Below the pieces are notes generated by a model. That model saw only the letters and a list, made by a program, of their open reading frames with translations, was not told where the DNA came from and made no database searches. Both the position numbers and the translations under genes were made by a program. This document shows, piece after piece, positions 29,391 through 43,770 of a DNA stretch of 64,000 nucleotides. This DNA is from Octopus vulgaris. Taxonomy: Eukaryota. The stretch spans positions 5,580,001 through 5,644,000 of the forward strand of contig OX597820.1 of NCBI GenBank assembly GCA_951406725.2, given 5' to 3'. Position 1 is the stretch's first letter, and every line of letters starts with the position of its first letter.

Positions 29391-29639
29391 ACACACACAC
29401 TTGATATGATATGTATATGTGTATTTAAGAAGGGCTTCTGTGCAGATTCTGTCTGCGTAATTCCTCTTACAAGCTAATATCAATTACTGTTAGACTCTGC
29501 TTGAAGCTACTAATAGAACCCCCTGCCTAAAGCACCACGTCGTCGGTTCGAATCCGGAAACATTCTGTTGTGTAACGCACTGCTTAACATCACAGCCATG
29601 TTTGCGTCTGATAATTGCTAACATCATGCAATGAGCAAT

Positions 29640-29900
29640 TGTGAATGAAGATCTGTGATCACAAAGGATTTGATGGAGCCGAATAGGACATCATTTAGTG
29701 AATCAAAAAATCCCCCCAAACTCCATGACAATGAGGTTCCCTTCGTGGAGGACCCAGGCGTGTCTTCTCCATACTTTGTAGGGTACTGTAAAGCGCTGTC
29801 AAGACCCTCTCTTGGCAACTGTGATTAATCACAATGTCGGGTCATTGTGCATGCTGATCATCGTGCGGTAAACAGTGCGTATCAACTGCCGAGGTAAAAC
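29640..29900 (-). mobile_element. Possible RLE-type (NeSL/Hero-like) retrotransposon remnant
   Basis: Minus strand gives *PDIVINHS followed, after a frameshift, by a TVPY-like motif. Very degenerate. Confidence 0.3.
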
Positions 29901-30516
29901 CCCAAGAATGTAGTCCATGTTGCTAATGGTTACCACTAAATTTGGCGCCACATTTGCCAAAACAATTTATTACCAAATAGAGACAAGGCAATCATTTATA
30001 TCAATATGTGTATTTGTAGTGTAATATATGGATTCATGGAATCGTTTGGCTATCATATAAAGCTCCTCTAATGGACTCAGCTAACAGACTACATACTAAT
30101 CCATTACAGAGGAGTATAACGCAAGCTTCTATGCTGCTGATATACAGGAGATTCGATCGATGAAATTATTTCATGAGGGGTATATAAACCATAAAATATC
30201 AGGAGGTATGAGAGGTCAATATATTCATTTAACCACTTGACATGCTTAGGATTACGGCCGTTTCGTAGCCTTCTTCATGTAATTATAATTTCAGTGTATG
30301 CAGTAGAGTTGTATATTCACAAATCACTGCAGATAAAGATAGCTAGCTCATCAGATCACCAGAACAATATGGTTACACCAATGATTGTACCTTCTGAACA
30401 TTTTATGGTGTATGTATGTATGTATGTATGTATGTATGTATGTATGTATGTATGTATGTATGTATGTATGTATGTATGTATGTATGTATGTTTATTTATA
30501 TGCTCTCGTGGACAAA

Positions 30517-30752
30517 GGCGGCGAGCTGGCAGACACGTTAGCGCGCCGGGTGAAATGGTTAGCGGTATTTCGTCTGTCGTTACGTTTTGAGTTCAAATTC
30601 CGCCAAGGTCGACTTTGCCTTTCGTCCTTTCGGGGTCGATAACTAAAGTACCAGTTTCGCACCGGGGTCGATGTATTCGACTTAATCCCTTTGTCTGTCC
30701 TTATTTGTCCTCCCCCTCTGTGTTTAGCCCCCTTGTGGGTAGTAAAGAAATA
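30517..30752 (+). mobile_element. SINE family C
   Basis: Full-length match to 6740-6975. Confidence 0.88.
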
Positions 30753-31669
30753 TATGCTCTCATGGACAATATGTATATATATATGTGTGGGTGTCAACTT
30801 GGAGAAGTTTATATACTGTCAGGAAACAAAACGCTATTTTGCGTCCAAGGAAGCTTTAAAAGATCAAATTCGCCGTAACAGAATGAAACCGCACTGTCTC
30901 GTGCATGTCAAAGCGCCATTTATTTTAAACCAGACATTTTATTTCTCACACAATAAATATCCTCTCTTAAGGTTTATCAATACCCACCCTTAAGAAATAC
31001 TCCTTGTTGTTTACTTAATAATGTAAAGCTCAAAATAAATGAAGCGGAATCGAGGAATTTTCAATACAACCCGTTCTTATTGTATCAAGTGATGGTTGAT
31101 TGGTTTTCCTTGTTGAGTTGAACAGTAAACCCCAAACATTATTTATTCTGATGTTTTTCGTACACAACTCCTAGAGCCATTGTGGAACAGAGTGCATAGA
31201 AATCTATAAATTCTATACCACCGGTGCTCCTCACCCTGGTGTACGAAGCACAATGATTGTAAGGTGTTAAGGACTGAAGTCGAACTTATTGTTTGTGGAC
31301 ATGCTTCCAAATAATAATAATAATAGTAGTAGTAGTAGTAATAATAATAATAATAATAATAATAATGATAATTCGGATAGAAATAGAGAGGGAGAAAAAT
31401 AGAAGACGAATGGGTTAAGAGGGAAGTAGACGCATATAAGAGACAGGAAAAGAATTAAAAAAAACTGAGTGGGAAATAGAGATGAAGAGAGAAACAGATA
31501 AAAGATTTTACCGAGTCACATAAAGTACAAAATGAAAGAGAAGGAAAGAGGAAAGAAAACATGAAGAGAGGTGCGGTAGGTAGGTACAGTGAAGTGGAAA
31601 CGCTTTCACACTATGTATGTGTGTGTGTGTGTGTGTGTTTGTGTGTATATGCGTACATTTATATGTATA

Positions 31670-31704
<35 letters not shown>

Positions 31705-32042
31705 ATATATATATATGTATTTATATGTATGTGTGTGTTTGTATATTTACACATATATATACACATATATATACTTATATATATATCTACATATATATAT
31801 GCTACATAATATAAATATTATATATATGTATATATGTATATATATATATATATAAATGTATATATGTATATATATATACATATATACACATACATGTATG
31901 TGTGTGTGTGTATGTATGCTTACATACATACATATATATATATATACAGAGAGAGGGAAGAAGAGGGTCGCATCTTTTGAGCATAATGAAAATGTCATTA
32001 TTGATATACATACATACATACATACATACATACATACATTCA

Positions 32043-32076
<34 letters not shown>

Positions 32077-32240
32077 CATACATTCATACATACATACATA
32101 CATACATACATACATACATACATACATACATACATACATACATGCATGCAAGTATATATGTATCGATTTTGGAACTGGATCTCGAATCACATATAAAGCT
32201 CTTTTCTGTGCTTCTAGATCCTCTTCCAAGTGAAAATTCG

Positions 32241-32689
32241 GATCTTTTCGATTTGAACGGCAGTTTTTAACATAATTTCCACGTAACAAAACACTTTTAA
32301 ACTTCGTATACTGGTAGAATGTGTTTATAAAACATCTTTTTCTCTTGGCTTTATTGAGGAAATTCTATAGTTTGTAAGATATTTGTTGCTTTTTTATATT
32401 CAATTTCTGCAATTTCAACCAATCACTGATGTCTATTGAGGTGAAAAACATTCTGTGCCGTATGAATATGTCCCTCGTTTAAGAAACAGATTGGGTTTAT
32501 TTACATTTGTGAAGAAAAAAAAGATACCCTTCCCCCCACCCCTAACCCTAACCCTAACCCTAACTAACCGTAACTAACCCTAACCCTAAAACAGATTGAA
32601 ATGCAATAGATCGATACGAGGGTCATAATTATGGGTAACAATTTCATATGACACCGCTAGAAAAAACTGCCGTTCAAACCGAAAAGATC
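32241..32689. mobile_element. MITE with 28-bp TIRs and an internal (CCCTAA)n tract
   Basis: gatcttttcgatttgaacggcagttttt versus reverse complement of aaaaactgccgttcaaaccgaaaagatc is 27/28. Telomere-like repeats at ~32540-32588. Confidence 0.85.
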
Positions 32690-32986
32690 GGAGAATTATA
32701 TCGTTCTCTCAAATGTTTATAAATTGTTAAGATGTCAGCAATTTACATTTCTCGCTGGTAAGAATAAATTTCTAAAATAGGCAAAATTCGAAGGAGTGCT
32801 TTGGTTCGAAGGTAGACCATTTGTCAAGCCTACGGGGGATGTGGGTTCGTTTCCCACGTGAGGTCTTCGAATTTTTTTTCCCCCTATCCAACAAAATTTA
32901 CAAGGCATTATTTACGGTTCGATATGGGTTTCGAGATCACGTTCCAAGGAAAAGACCATTTGACATTGACTCGCAAATATCTAACA

Positions 32987-33158
32987 GGCGCATGCGTGGT
33001 TAGGTGTTAAGATGCTTGCCTCCCACCCACATGATTCCGGGTTCAGTCCCACCGCATGGTACCTTGGGCAAGTGTTTTCTGCTAAAGCTTTGGACCGACA
33101 AAAGCCTTGTGAATGGATCAGGTAGACGGAAACTGAAAGAAGCCCGTCGTACACACAC
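32987..33158 (+). mobile_element. 5' half of a family D SINE
   Basis: ccgggttcagtccca...ttgggcaagtgt...gacggaaactgaaagaagcccgtcgta. Confidence 0.8.
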
Positions 33159-33159
33159 A

Positions 33160-34670
33160 TCTCTTGGAAGTGCTTTACGTAGGATGTGTGCGGTGCCTAG
33201 TAGTACTATTTTCTGTCTGTTATACACATTCATAAGTCCTGGTGTTTTTTATATGTATTTGTTTGAATGTTTTTAATCATATCTAATGCACCTATTATTG
33301 TAGGGCTTATTTCTATTTTCTAACCCACTTCCCGGTTACTCCTATCTCCAGACCTTTGTCTTCTGAGAGTTTCTCCCTTTCTTTTAGAGATACATTTTCA
33401 CCCGTTGGGGTTGATACATCGATTGAAAGGTGTTTTTTAATCTCTTGATGATCTCTGACAACTATATCTGGTCTATTAGCCTCAATTTCTCTATCTGTGT
33501 GTGTTGTCATATCTCAGATTATGGTCGCTTTGTCATTTTTTGAGATCGTTTCTAGGGTATGCCTATACCATCCTTTTTCTGTTGTCATTCCAGTATTGGC
33601 GTAGCTTCCAGTGTATATAGATCCCAACTCTGTGAATATGTTCCTTCTTAGCCAAGACGGGGCAGCCAGAGACAATTTAATTTATTGCTTCTTCCCCCAT
33701 CACTACATATTATGCAGTTATCTTATTTTCCCTTGTGGGTTTCTGGTGGGAAGGCTTTGATCTTGTGTCGCAATTAAGACTTCATCAGTCTCTGCTATAA
33801 GTCCTGAGCTTCTCAAACATCTTTGGGATCTTACTTTATTTCTTGTCTGTTTAGCTTATCCCATTATCTGCCCTGTAAAGCCTTTCCTTGCCATTTTTTT
33901 CTCATGTTATTCTGTTGTTCCAGTTTTAGTTTAGATTTCAGTTGCTTTAAAGCTTTTGTGGTTTGCTCTTTTGCTTCGTGGCTGTCACGTACTATGACCT
34001 CTTTCTTGTAGCTTTCGGCTTCCTTAAAGACACAAAACAATTTATTTTTGTTTTGCTCATGTTTTGTGGCTATTTGTACCACATTTATTTGTTTCTGAGT
34101 TTGATATTTTGGGAATCTTATGATGGTTATTTCACAATGGTTTTCTACTTGTCTAAGGTCTTCAATTCGTTGTACATATAACCTTTCTCTGTCAGATTTT
34201 GAGTGGTGTATTCTAAATTTTCCTTTTTTTTTGTTTTTGTCTAGTTTGGTTAGTTCATAGCAGTTGAATACACATCCAGTTCTGTTTAGTATGTCAGTTA
34301 AAGGCGTGAGTGCCAAGAAGAAAAGAAGTGGTGAGAGCGATTATCCTTGAAATATTCTCTTCGAATGGGGATGGCCTTAGATTTAATGATTCCGTCCTTT
34401 GTCTGGAGTTACAGCACTGTTTACCATTTATTCATGGCATGTTTTATATCGTTTTTTTATTATTGTTGATACTGCCTGGTTCATGGCTAAAGATTTCAGG
34501 ACGCACGTGTGGGAAATGCTGTCAAAAGATTTTTGGTAATCGATCCAAGCCATGCTTAGACCCTTCTTTTTCTCTTCGCAATCTTCATTTATGGTTTTAT
34601 TGATCAATGACCCATCTTTACGAACATATGAGCCTTTGCAGTATCCCTTCTGCTCTTCTGGAAACAAGAT
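33160..34670 (-). mobile_element. Degenerate R4/Dong-like retrotransposon (RT to RLE), same family type as 22071-22500
   Basis: EEQKG...LSMAWIDYQKSFDSISH (RT), ALTPL, WQGKALQGR, EANRPDIVVRDH, QKIVLLGTAHILRKAL. Confidence 0.88.
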
Positions 34671-34671
34671 G

Positions 34672-34893
34672 TCGTCTCCTTCTTCTTCTTCTTCTTCTTC
34701 TTCTTCTTCTTCTTCTTCTTCTTCTTCTTCTTCTTCTTCTTCTTCTTCTTCTTCTTCTTCTTCTTGTCATCGTTATCATCATTGCCGTAGTCGTCGTCCT
34801 CATCCTTCTCGTCCTCCTCGTCCCCCTCGTCCTCCTCGTCCTCCTCGTCCTCGTCCTCCTCCTCCTCTTCCTCCTCCTCATCATCATCATCAT
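34672..34893. repeat. (TCT)n/(TCC/TCG)/(CAT)n trinucleotide tract
   Basis: Directly visible. Confidence 0.95.
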
Positions 34894-35606
34894 CAAGGGG
34901 TGGTTAGCACGCCGGACAAAATGCTCCACGGTATTTTCCTCAGGCATTACGTCCTGAATTGAAATTCCGCCGAGGTCTAATTTGCCTTTCTCCCACCCCC
35001 ATATCGAGTCGATAAAATATGTAGCAGTTGAGCCCTGGGGGGTCGATGTAATCGGCCATCCCCCTCCTCCTCCAATTTCTAGACATTGTGCCCATACTAG
35101 GAAGGGTTATTATTATTGTTATTGTGAAAATTGATGCAACTCTTCACGACACGTAATAAGCGCACACAGTTTGTCTATGTTCTTCAGGTCCAAAATGAAC
35201 ACAGAAATGCAGGAATTCAATATTTCAACTGGACTATCCTAAATTACTTTTTAAGCAAAAAGACTACATAAAGTATAGCTTATTCGCATCTGGTTAAAAC
35301 ATGGTGGGGTGGGGCAGGAAAGACAAAAAGAAAAAAAGAAACAGGAAAAAGGAAATCGCACACTAAGTCAAAAAGTTTTGTCTAAATCATTTTGTTCCTC
35401 CCTCCCGGACGTGACGCTAGTAACTCACAAATAAACTTATCCTCGTGTGTTTTGAGGAATGGAAGCTCAGCATACTGAGAATATTTTTTTGAGAATGCCT
35501 ACTTTACAGCTGCTTTATATATATATACTATTATATATATATACTATTATATATATATACTATTATATATATATACTATTATATATATATACTATTATAT
35601 ATATAT

Positions 35607-35988
35607 ACTATGACCCGGCGTTGCCGGGTCATAGTGCTAGTGCATGCATATACAGCTGCGTGCGTGCGCACATACACGCGAGTACTGCCCAAATCTCCGA
35701 CCAATCACATACAGCTAGCTGGCATTCAATTGGCGTATCAAGTTTCGGGCATTTTCATTGGGTTTGGGATAGAAAATTCACAAAAATGTAACTTCTATTG
35801 ATTTTTTTAATTGCTTTGCGGGGTGACTGGGAAAATGTAAAGATGTGCACGACCACCCTTGGACGGTTTTGAATGACCATAGAAAGTGCGAGCCCTCTAA
35901 CTGAAAAATTGTGGATTTGTATAAAGGACACACACACACACACACACACAGACACACACAGACATTTTGCCGTTTATATAGAGAGAGA
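35607..35988 (-). mobile_element. Non-autonomous Helitron-like element
   Basis: Minus 5' end A|TCTCTCTCTATATAAACGGC followed by a (TG)n tract. Perfect 13-bp hairpin actatgacccggc-gtt-gccgggtcatagt at 35607-35635. Confidence 0.65.
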
Positions 35989-36380
35989 TGATCGGAAACT
36001 ACCGTCGCAGTACTGTTATTATTGTACCTGACTTCACACCTTTACCCATAAAATCTTTTGTTGTGTAGACAACACAAACGTTGTGTTTAGTGCATTCCAC
36101 TGCGCACACCAAAGAAGAATCGTTACAAATACCCGCCCCCGCACTTCAGTATACATATAAAATTTCTGTTGTATTTTCATGGAATTGATTTGACTCTTGC
36201 TTTTGCACAATGTATAAGGTTTACGTTTCATGTAACTGTTTCTGGGAGCACAAGCAGCAGAAACCCTAATGGGTCAGAGGGCCAGTTAGTAGTTCTCTTA
36301 TACTTTTGTTAGGTCTGAAGGTTATAACAGAAGGATCGGGTAGTGAAGATTTCCTTGAAACGAGAAATTTTCTGAAACAT

Positions 36381-36785
36381 ACTCTTTACTCTTTTACTCT
36401 TTTACTTGTTTCAGTCATTTGACTGCGGCCATGCTGGAGCACCGCCTTTAGTCGAGCAAATCGACCCCGGGACTTATTCTTTTGTAAGCCCAGTACTTAT
36501 TCTATCGGTCTCTTTTGCCGAACTGCTAAGTGACGGGGACGTAAACACACCAGCATCAATGCTAGAAGGACAAACACAGACACACAAACATATACACACA
36601 CATACATACATACATATATATACGACAGGCTTCTTTCAGTTTCCGTCTACCAAATCCACTCACAAGGCATTGGTCGGCCCGGGGCTATAGCAGAAGACAC
36701 TTGCCCAAGATGCCACGCAGTGGGACTGAACCCGGAACCATGTGGTTGGTTAGCAAGGTACTTACCACACAGCCACTCCTGCGCC
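36381..36785 (-). mobile_element. SINE family D, full length
   Basis: Head ggcgcaggagtggctgtgtggtaag with B box gggttcagtccc, internal microsatellite, (gagtaaaa)n tail. Confidence 0.9.
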
Positions 36786-37411
36786 TATGTTGGTAACTGT
36801 CATGCTACACTGTTAAAATTTCTCTACTAGTTAATCACTAAACAATTTTTTGGTCATAAACTTTATGAAGTACATTGTTAACTTTAGCCGAGTCATTTGC
36901 GATTTTCTTTACCCGTGAATCACTATAACCGCGCTCAACGAAATAGCGCACAAAATCACTTGTATGCGTTTAGTAATGTTGAATGTCATTGCAAATCCGT
37001 TTTGGCTTAATGGTATGGGGTGCATGGTCGGAGCGGTGGTGAGCATAAATAAAGGATGAGGTTAAATGTAAGAAGGTCTGCAGAATAAGTCTGTCATGAT
37101 GCAGACAACTCAAGAGTTAACAATTTTGACTGAAACATTCGACGTTAGTTTTTGAAAACCGCGAAGAGAATTTTAAGTTCGATTAAAAACGATTGTTTTG
37201 TGCGATTCTGTCTGAGAAATTGCAAGAATTCAATAACAGAAGCTTCTTCCTTTGGATGGACACCGACAGTGAAATGAAAAATGAATCTAAATAACTCCCG
37301 ATATGTGTGTGTGTGTTCGTATATAAACAAACATAAAAACATATATATAGAGGCATGCATACATGCATATACACACATATACATACATACAAGCATACAT
37401 ATATATATATG

Positions 37412-37591
<180 letters not shown>

Positions 37592-37639
37592 TAATTTCAT
37601 AATTTGATACATTGCTAGGTTTCGGCCCGTGTTGGCCCA

Positions 37640-38731
37640 GGCCATGTCTAACTTAATACCCTGGCAAAGTTATCCAAATCAAGATTCGAACACCAAAGCC
37701 CACTCAAGTAGAGAGTTATTGTTTACGGAGACATATCCGGGTGCAGGAGGTTTATCTGGGATTCCTTGAAGGAATTTGTCCAGAGACGTCTTGAACCTTA
37801 TAGAGTGTCTTTCTGTTTTAATGTGTGTCGGTGAAATGTTAAATAGAGCAGGGCCATTTGCTGTGAAATGATAGTGCCCTATTGTTGTTATGAGATGCGA
37901 GTGTGATTTATGTTGTGGACGGATGGCACAGGGTCCAAGTGTTGGGTGTACCTTAAAGGTGATGCCAACATCATTTGGGCAAAGCTGATGGAATATTTTC
38001 CACATCATTCAGATGATGTGGCACTCACAGCAACGTTGAAGAGAATAAAACTTGAGCTTTTCTAGTCGACCCCCAATAGTCAAGGCATGTCATGCCATCT
38101 ATATTTTTTTGTAATTGACCTTTGGGGTGCTTCAACTTCCATGATGCTTTGTTTCGTCTGAGGAGACCACAGTGGACAACAGTATTGGATGTGGAGTCGG
38201 GCAAAAATGGAATAGAGAAAGATAATGGTGTGGATATCTCTCGAGTGGAAAGTCCTAAGAATCCAGGAGCACATTTTGCGGGCCATGTTGACTTTGCTGT
38301 TTGTGTGAGTAGCCCAGCTTATGTTGTTTTTTTACAATTACTCCCAAGTCTCTGATGTTGTCGGTTGTCATGAGAGTGTCACCTGAAGGAAGGGAGTATG
38401 GGAGTTTCAATGTGTCCCCTCTTTCAAAATTGATTAACTCAAATTTGTCCTCGTTCACCAGCAGCTTGTCCTTTTCCGCCCGTTGGATAACAACCAGTAG
38501 GTCGGACTGAAGGCATTTCCGGTCACCCACTTTATTGTTGGTCTTCTGGAGCTTGGAATCATCTTCAAAAATTCTTATGTTACTGTGCTTGATTATGTCA
38601 GTTATGTCATTAATGTAGATGATGAAAAGAAGTGGGGCCAACACCGTGCCTTGTGGAACACCATTACTGACTTTGGCTGGGATTGACTTTACTCCTTTGA
38701 CTACAGCGTATTGGGTTCTGTCTGTCAAGAA
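37640..38731 (-). mobile_element. Old CR1-group LINE RT 3' fragment
   Basis: FLTDRTQ...GVPQGTVLAPLLFIIYINDI...IFEDDSKL, YCCPLWSP, GPALFN, FKTSLDKFLQGIPDKP...NNSL. Multiple frameshifts. Confidence 0.9.
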
Positions 38732-38741
38732 TATATTTATA

Positions 38742-39440
38742 TCTATAATATTCAATGGCGTGTTTATGTGTTTGGGAATTAACTTTAACTCCACCAAAAC
38801 TATCCAACAGACTTAGATGAAACTTGACACGAGTGTGGGGCTTATATCCATGCTGTCACTTACACACTTGAAATTTTAAAAAAAATCGATTTTTAATCAG
38901 CATCAATTTTTCAAAATCGTAGAATTTCGGCTTTTTTCGCACTAGCCATCGTGACATCAATTTAACGACAAATGCCGAAATTTGACAAAAATGGTTTCAT
39001 GTGTATAAACAGACAGTTTATTGACAGTAATCTATTTAGCATTTGCTAATTCCTCATTTCAATGAGAATTGTTTTGATTTGCTAAAACTTATTATTTCAA
39101 TTCGTTGTTTTAATTCCCCCAGTGTTTCAGGTTTTGATTAGGTAAAACCAGTTTATTTCTCAAGTAATATTTAGGCATTTTGCGCAATAGACATCGTGAC
39201 ATCAATTTGACGAAATCTGCCCCAAAGCGTAAAATTTTGCCATTTCACGCACATGCACAAAAACGACAATGACACGGGTTCGCTACCAGACTCTGCTCAT
39301 TTGTTTCGTCAAATCGGTCCTGTCCATTAATATAGATTTTTAAATTGAGAAAAAAAAATGTCGAAATTTGACGAAGAATGTTTCACGGCTATAAACAGAC
39401 ATCTTATTAACGGTTATTTTTTACCGGGTATGTCAGGTAG
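38742..39440 (+). mobile_element. Non-autonomous Helitron-like element
   Basis: 5' A|TCTATAATATTCAATGGCGTGTTT, 3' ccgggtatgtcagGTAG|T (CTAG variant), internal duplicated catcgtgacatcaattt. Confidence 0.5.
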
Positions 39441-39574
39441 TCATTTTTATATGAATTATTGTTTCACATGAATAGTACTGATACACACACACACACACAC
39501 ACATGCACATACACACATGCAAACACACACATACACACACACACAAACATACACACACACGCACACACACACAC

Positions 39575-39611
<37 letters not shown>

Positions 39612-39858
39612 GCACACAGATGTTTCAGAAAATGAATTATTTCCTCAAATTCAAACATTCAGATCCGCATCAGAATTTTATATTTCACGGTCCAACTACC
39701 TTACTGCCTCCACCCGTTCGACCTCATAGTTTCATACTGTGAGTGCTCGTGCGCACGCACACACTTTCTCATCCCCCACCCACACACACTTACACACCAA
39801 GCAAAAATTTAATTGTTTCATATTGTATGTGCATATAAGCATAGGTATGTATATATAC

Positions 39859-39913
<55 letters not shown>

Positions 39914-39962
39914 GTGTGTGTGTGTGTGTGTGTGTGTATACACACACATATATGTATATATG

Positions 39963-40055
<93 letters not shown>

Positions 40056-40157
40056 TATATGTATGTATAAATACATATATAAATACATACATATACATAC
40101 GTACATTGTATATATATACTGGGAGAAGAAGAAACGAAACGGAACGAATCGAATCGA

Positions 40158-40193
<36 letters not shown>

Positions 40194-40917
40194 ATCTGTG
40201 TGTGTGTGTGCGTGTTTGTGTCTGTATATATTTCTTTGTATGTATGTATCAATATATATATAAAATTGTTAAACAGCTTTCTTTATAATTTTTATATTTC
40301 ATATTCATATATATATGTATATGTATGTATGTGTATTTATGAATGTGTGTGTATGTTTGTATGTGTGTACGTATATATACCTATATGTGTGTGAGTGTGA
40401 GTTTGCATATTACTTGTGGAGTTTGAATAAAAGCAAATATTAAATGTACAGTCACTTAGTATTGACACTGGGAGACACGCTGGGTTAGGCCCTGTTATGT
40501 ATGGATAGCCATAAAATCACCTGTAGAATGAACAAACACAATATGCATAGTGGTAGTAGTAGTAGTGGTGGTGGTGGTGGTGGTGGTGGTGGTGGTGGAT
40601 GTGGTGGTGGTGGAGGGCATTGGGACGACAAAAAAATGTGGAACAAAATCAAGAAGAAAAAGGAGAAGCGAAGAATGAGATAAGTACAACAAGAGAAGGC
40701 GAGGACAATGGCGACGATGTCGAAGAATGAGAAGGAGGTGGAGGAGTGGTAGAAGGAGGAGAGGGGGGAGGAGGGGGAGAGATGAAGGAGAAGAGAAACG
40801 TGAAAGAGTGTAAAGTGTTTACCTATGTACAATGATAACAGCAATAGCAACAACAACAACAACAGCAAGCACACATTTTGCTGTATTTGTAATTGATAAG
40901 ACGAACTAAACAAGTAT

Positions 40918-40957
<40 letters not shown>

Positions 40958-41197
40958 CGGGTATGGCTTTTAGTTTTCGGGGAAGGAAGAAGACCAGACG
41001 AAGTTTTAAGATGAATAATAAGAACGATGTCTACAACAGCAACAACAACAACAACGTCACAATTAAGTGGTGTTGAATAATAATAATTTTTTGTTTTTTT
41101 TTGTATTTTGTTAAAGCGCCTGAACGAAATGAAGTGTTGCAGAATGCAGAATGTAAAAGGATAAGGTCACTTGTACGGACATAGAATAGAGAGAGAG

Positions 41198-41231
<34 letters not shown>

Positions 41232-41404
41232 GAGGCCCAGAGAATAAGTGTTGCGTGGAGACAAAAAGAAAAAAATCGTGGCATTGCTGTGTAGTTGAGC
41301 GGCAAAATGGGCCGACAAGATGGCGCTTCTTTTATGAGTGACCGTTGACAGTGGATGAATCAGTCTTAATACCACTGAAAATGAATACACACACACACAC
41401 ACAG

Positions 41405-41471
<67 letters not shown>

Positions 41472-41543
41472 CACATACACACACATATATATATATATAT
41501 ATACACATACACATACATATATTTACATATAAGTATAAATATT

Positions 41544-41584
<41 letters not shown>

Positions 41585-41775
41585 TCATGCACACACATAT
41601 ATATATATATAAATATATATATATACATACATACACATACACACACATACACACACACACATATATATATGTACACACATACATATATTTACATACATGT
41701 ATACATATATGTATAAATATATATACAGCTGTATATATATTTATTGATATATGTATAAATATATATACACCATAA

Positions 41776-42175
41776 GCGCAGGAGTGGCTCTGTGGTAACT
41801 TGCTTACCAACCACATGGTTCCGGGTTCAGTCCCACTGCGTGGCACCTTGGGCAAGTACCTTGTACTATAGCCTCGGGCCGACCAAAGCCTTGTCAGTGG
41901 ATTTGGTTGACGGAAACTGAAAAGAAGCCCGTCGTATATATATGTATGTGTGTGTTTGTGTGTCTGTGTTCCTCCCCTAACATCGCTTGACAACCGATGC
42001 TGGTGTGTTTACGTCCCCTGTAACTTAGCGGTTCGGCATAAGAGATCCGATAGAATAAGTACTAGGCTTCCAAAGAATAAGTCTTGGGGTTGATTTGCTC
42101 GACTAAAGGTGGTGCTCCAGCATGGCTGCAGTCAAATGACTGAAACAAGTTAAAGAGTAAAATAGTAAAAGAGTA
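41776..42175 (+). mobile_element. SINE family D, full length
   Basis: Matches 36381-36785 in reverse. Confidence 0.9.
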
Positions 42176-42229
42176 CAGCTGCCTCCTCTCGCAATACATA
42201 GTATATACTCGCATGTGTATAAATCTTTC

Positions 42230-42309
<80 letters not shown>

Positions 42310-42416
42310 CATAGTGAACTCAGTGATAAAAAATCTACAGATGGAGAAGGACACACTACCACCATGTTCTTAATGATGAAATTAACCTCTCTGTCTATAT
42401 ATCGACCCTCTTTGTA

Positions 42417-42597
42417 ATGTTGGCAAATGAAATAAGTATAAGAATGTGCATCGTCCGTTTAATTGAAAAAATTCTATATGTGGCTGAAGATTGCTCGACA
42501 TTTTCAAACTGATGTAATACTTACAGTGTTTAATAAAATGAAGTAGCATGAAACGATTATACTACCTTGGATATCCTTGTTACTTATTTTGATTATA
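42417..42597 (+). repeat. Interspersed repeat module A
   Basis: Homologous to 3892-4077. Confidence 0.75.
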
Positions 42598-43222
42598 ATC
42601 ACCCCATTTGATTTATATGGATAATACCATACCAAATTCTGGAGCCTTTAACTTAAGTACCATATTCATCTGAATCTAAATTTTGCTGAACTTATACACA
42701 TACACACACACACACATAAATGTTTGTTTTTATGTTCAGTTGTAATAGAAGCAACGTTCTTTAATCTGAAAAAGTGACTCCCTACTTTTGTAGAGCTACA
42801 AATATATTATTCTGAAACAAAAATAGTGATTTCGAAGTTTCGACCACACACACACACACATGCACATATGTAGAGTTACTTCTTGCATCTGTTATAGAGA
42901 TTTTAGAACTAGCTTCGTAACATGGCTGTTGCAAGATCAGCAGCTGACTGCAGCTTTTATATTGCGAATTGGGACGAACGACTGGCATGTCTAGCGGACA
43001 GGTGTACCAGCAATGAGGAAGGGTAGGACCCTGAAACCAGCTGATCTACTGGTCCTGTCACCGCTGTATAGGAGTTGTTCGCTCCCATGTTTGCAATATA
43101 ACGGACACAAATATTATGTCGTTTAGCACACATCAGTTGGAGGTGTCTTCCTGGGGTTAAAAAGAGTAGTAACAGGGTTCTGTATGGAACAACCACTACT
43201 TATATATATATATATATATATG

Positions 43223-43480
43223 ATTCATTTAATTAGGTATTTAAGTTGAGGCAACATGTTAGTCCGGTATTGACCGCACAGCTCGAAGTTAAGTGAATGA
43301 AAAGCAAATAAGTAACAAGGATGTCCAGGTATTAGTGCATCACGGCTGTTTCAAGCGGCTTCATTTAATCGATCAATGCAAGTATTACATCGATTTGAAA
43401 CACACCGCTCTCTTCGGTGTATTTCAAATTCAAGTAATGCTTGATTGATCGATTAAAAGGAGCCGCTTGAAACGGCCGTG
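43223..43480. mobile_element. Diverged fold-back MITE (family of 4090-4372)
   Basis: gcacagctcgaagt, gtttcaagcggct...agccgcttgaaacggccgt inverted arms. Confidence 0.7.
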
Positions 43481-43604
43481 ATAAATAGGCATAGCTGTTC
43501 TATGAACTGACATACATAGTTCACACCACTTTTATTGGTGTGAACTCTTCCTCTATAATACTTTTGTTTCTGCTCTTCATCAATGAAGGCAACCAATAGT
43601 TTCC

Positions 43605-43770
43605 AACCAGAAGCAACATGCCATCACCGAGTTCTTGGCGAAGGCGGGGTACGGGTTTTCTGACATCCATAGAATATTGCAGCTGATTTACAGAGATAAC
43701 AGCATTCACAAGATCATTGTAGACGACTGGATTAAGAACCACAAAGAAAGGAACATCAACATCGCCTTCT
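43605..43770 (+). pseudogene. mariner transposase N-terminal HTH remnant
   Basis: KQHAITEFLAKAGYGFSDIHRILQLIYRDNSIHKIIVDDWIKNHKE resembles mariner KQRAVIEFL...IHRRL..VYG......V..W...FK. Confidence 0.6.

Noticed and set aside
32540-32588. True telomere or chromosome fusion site
   Set aside because: Short, single orientation, and enclosed by MITE TIRs.
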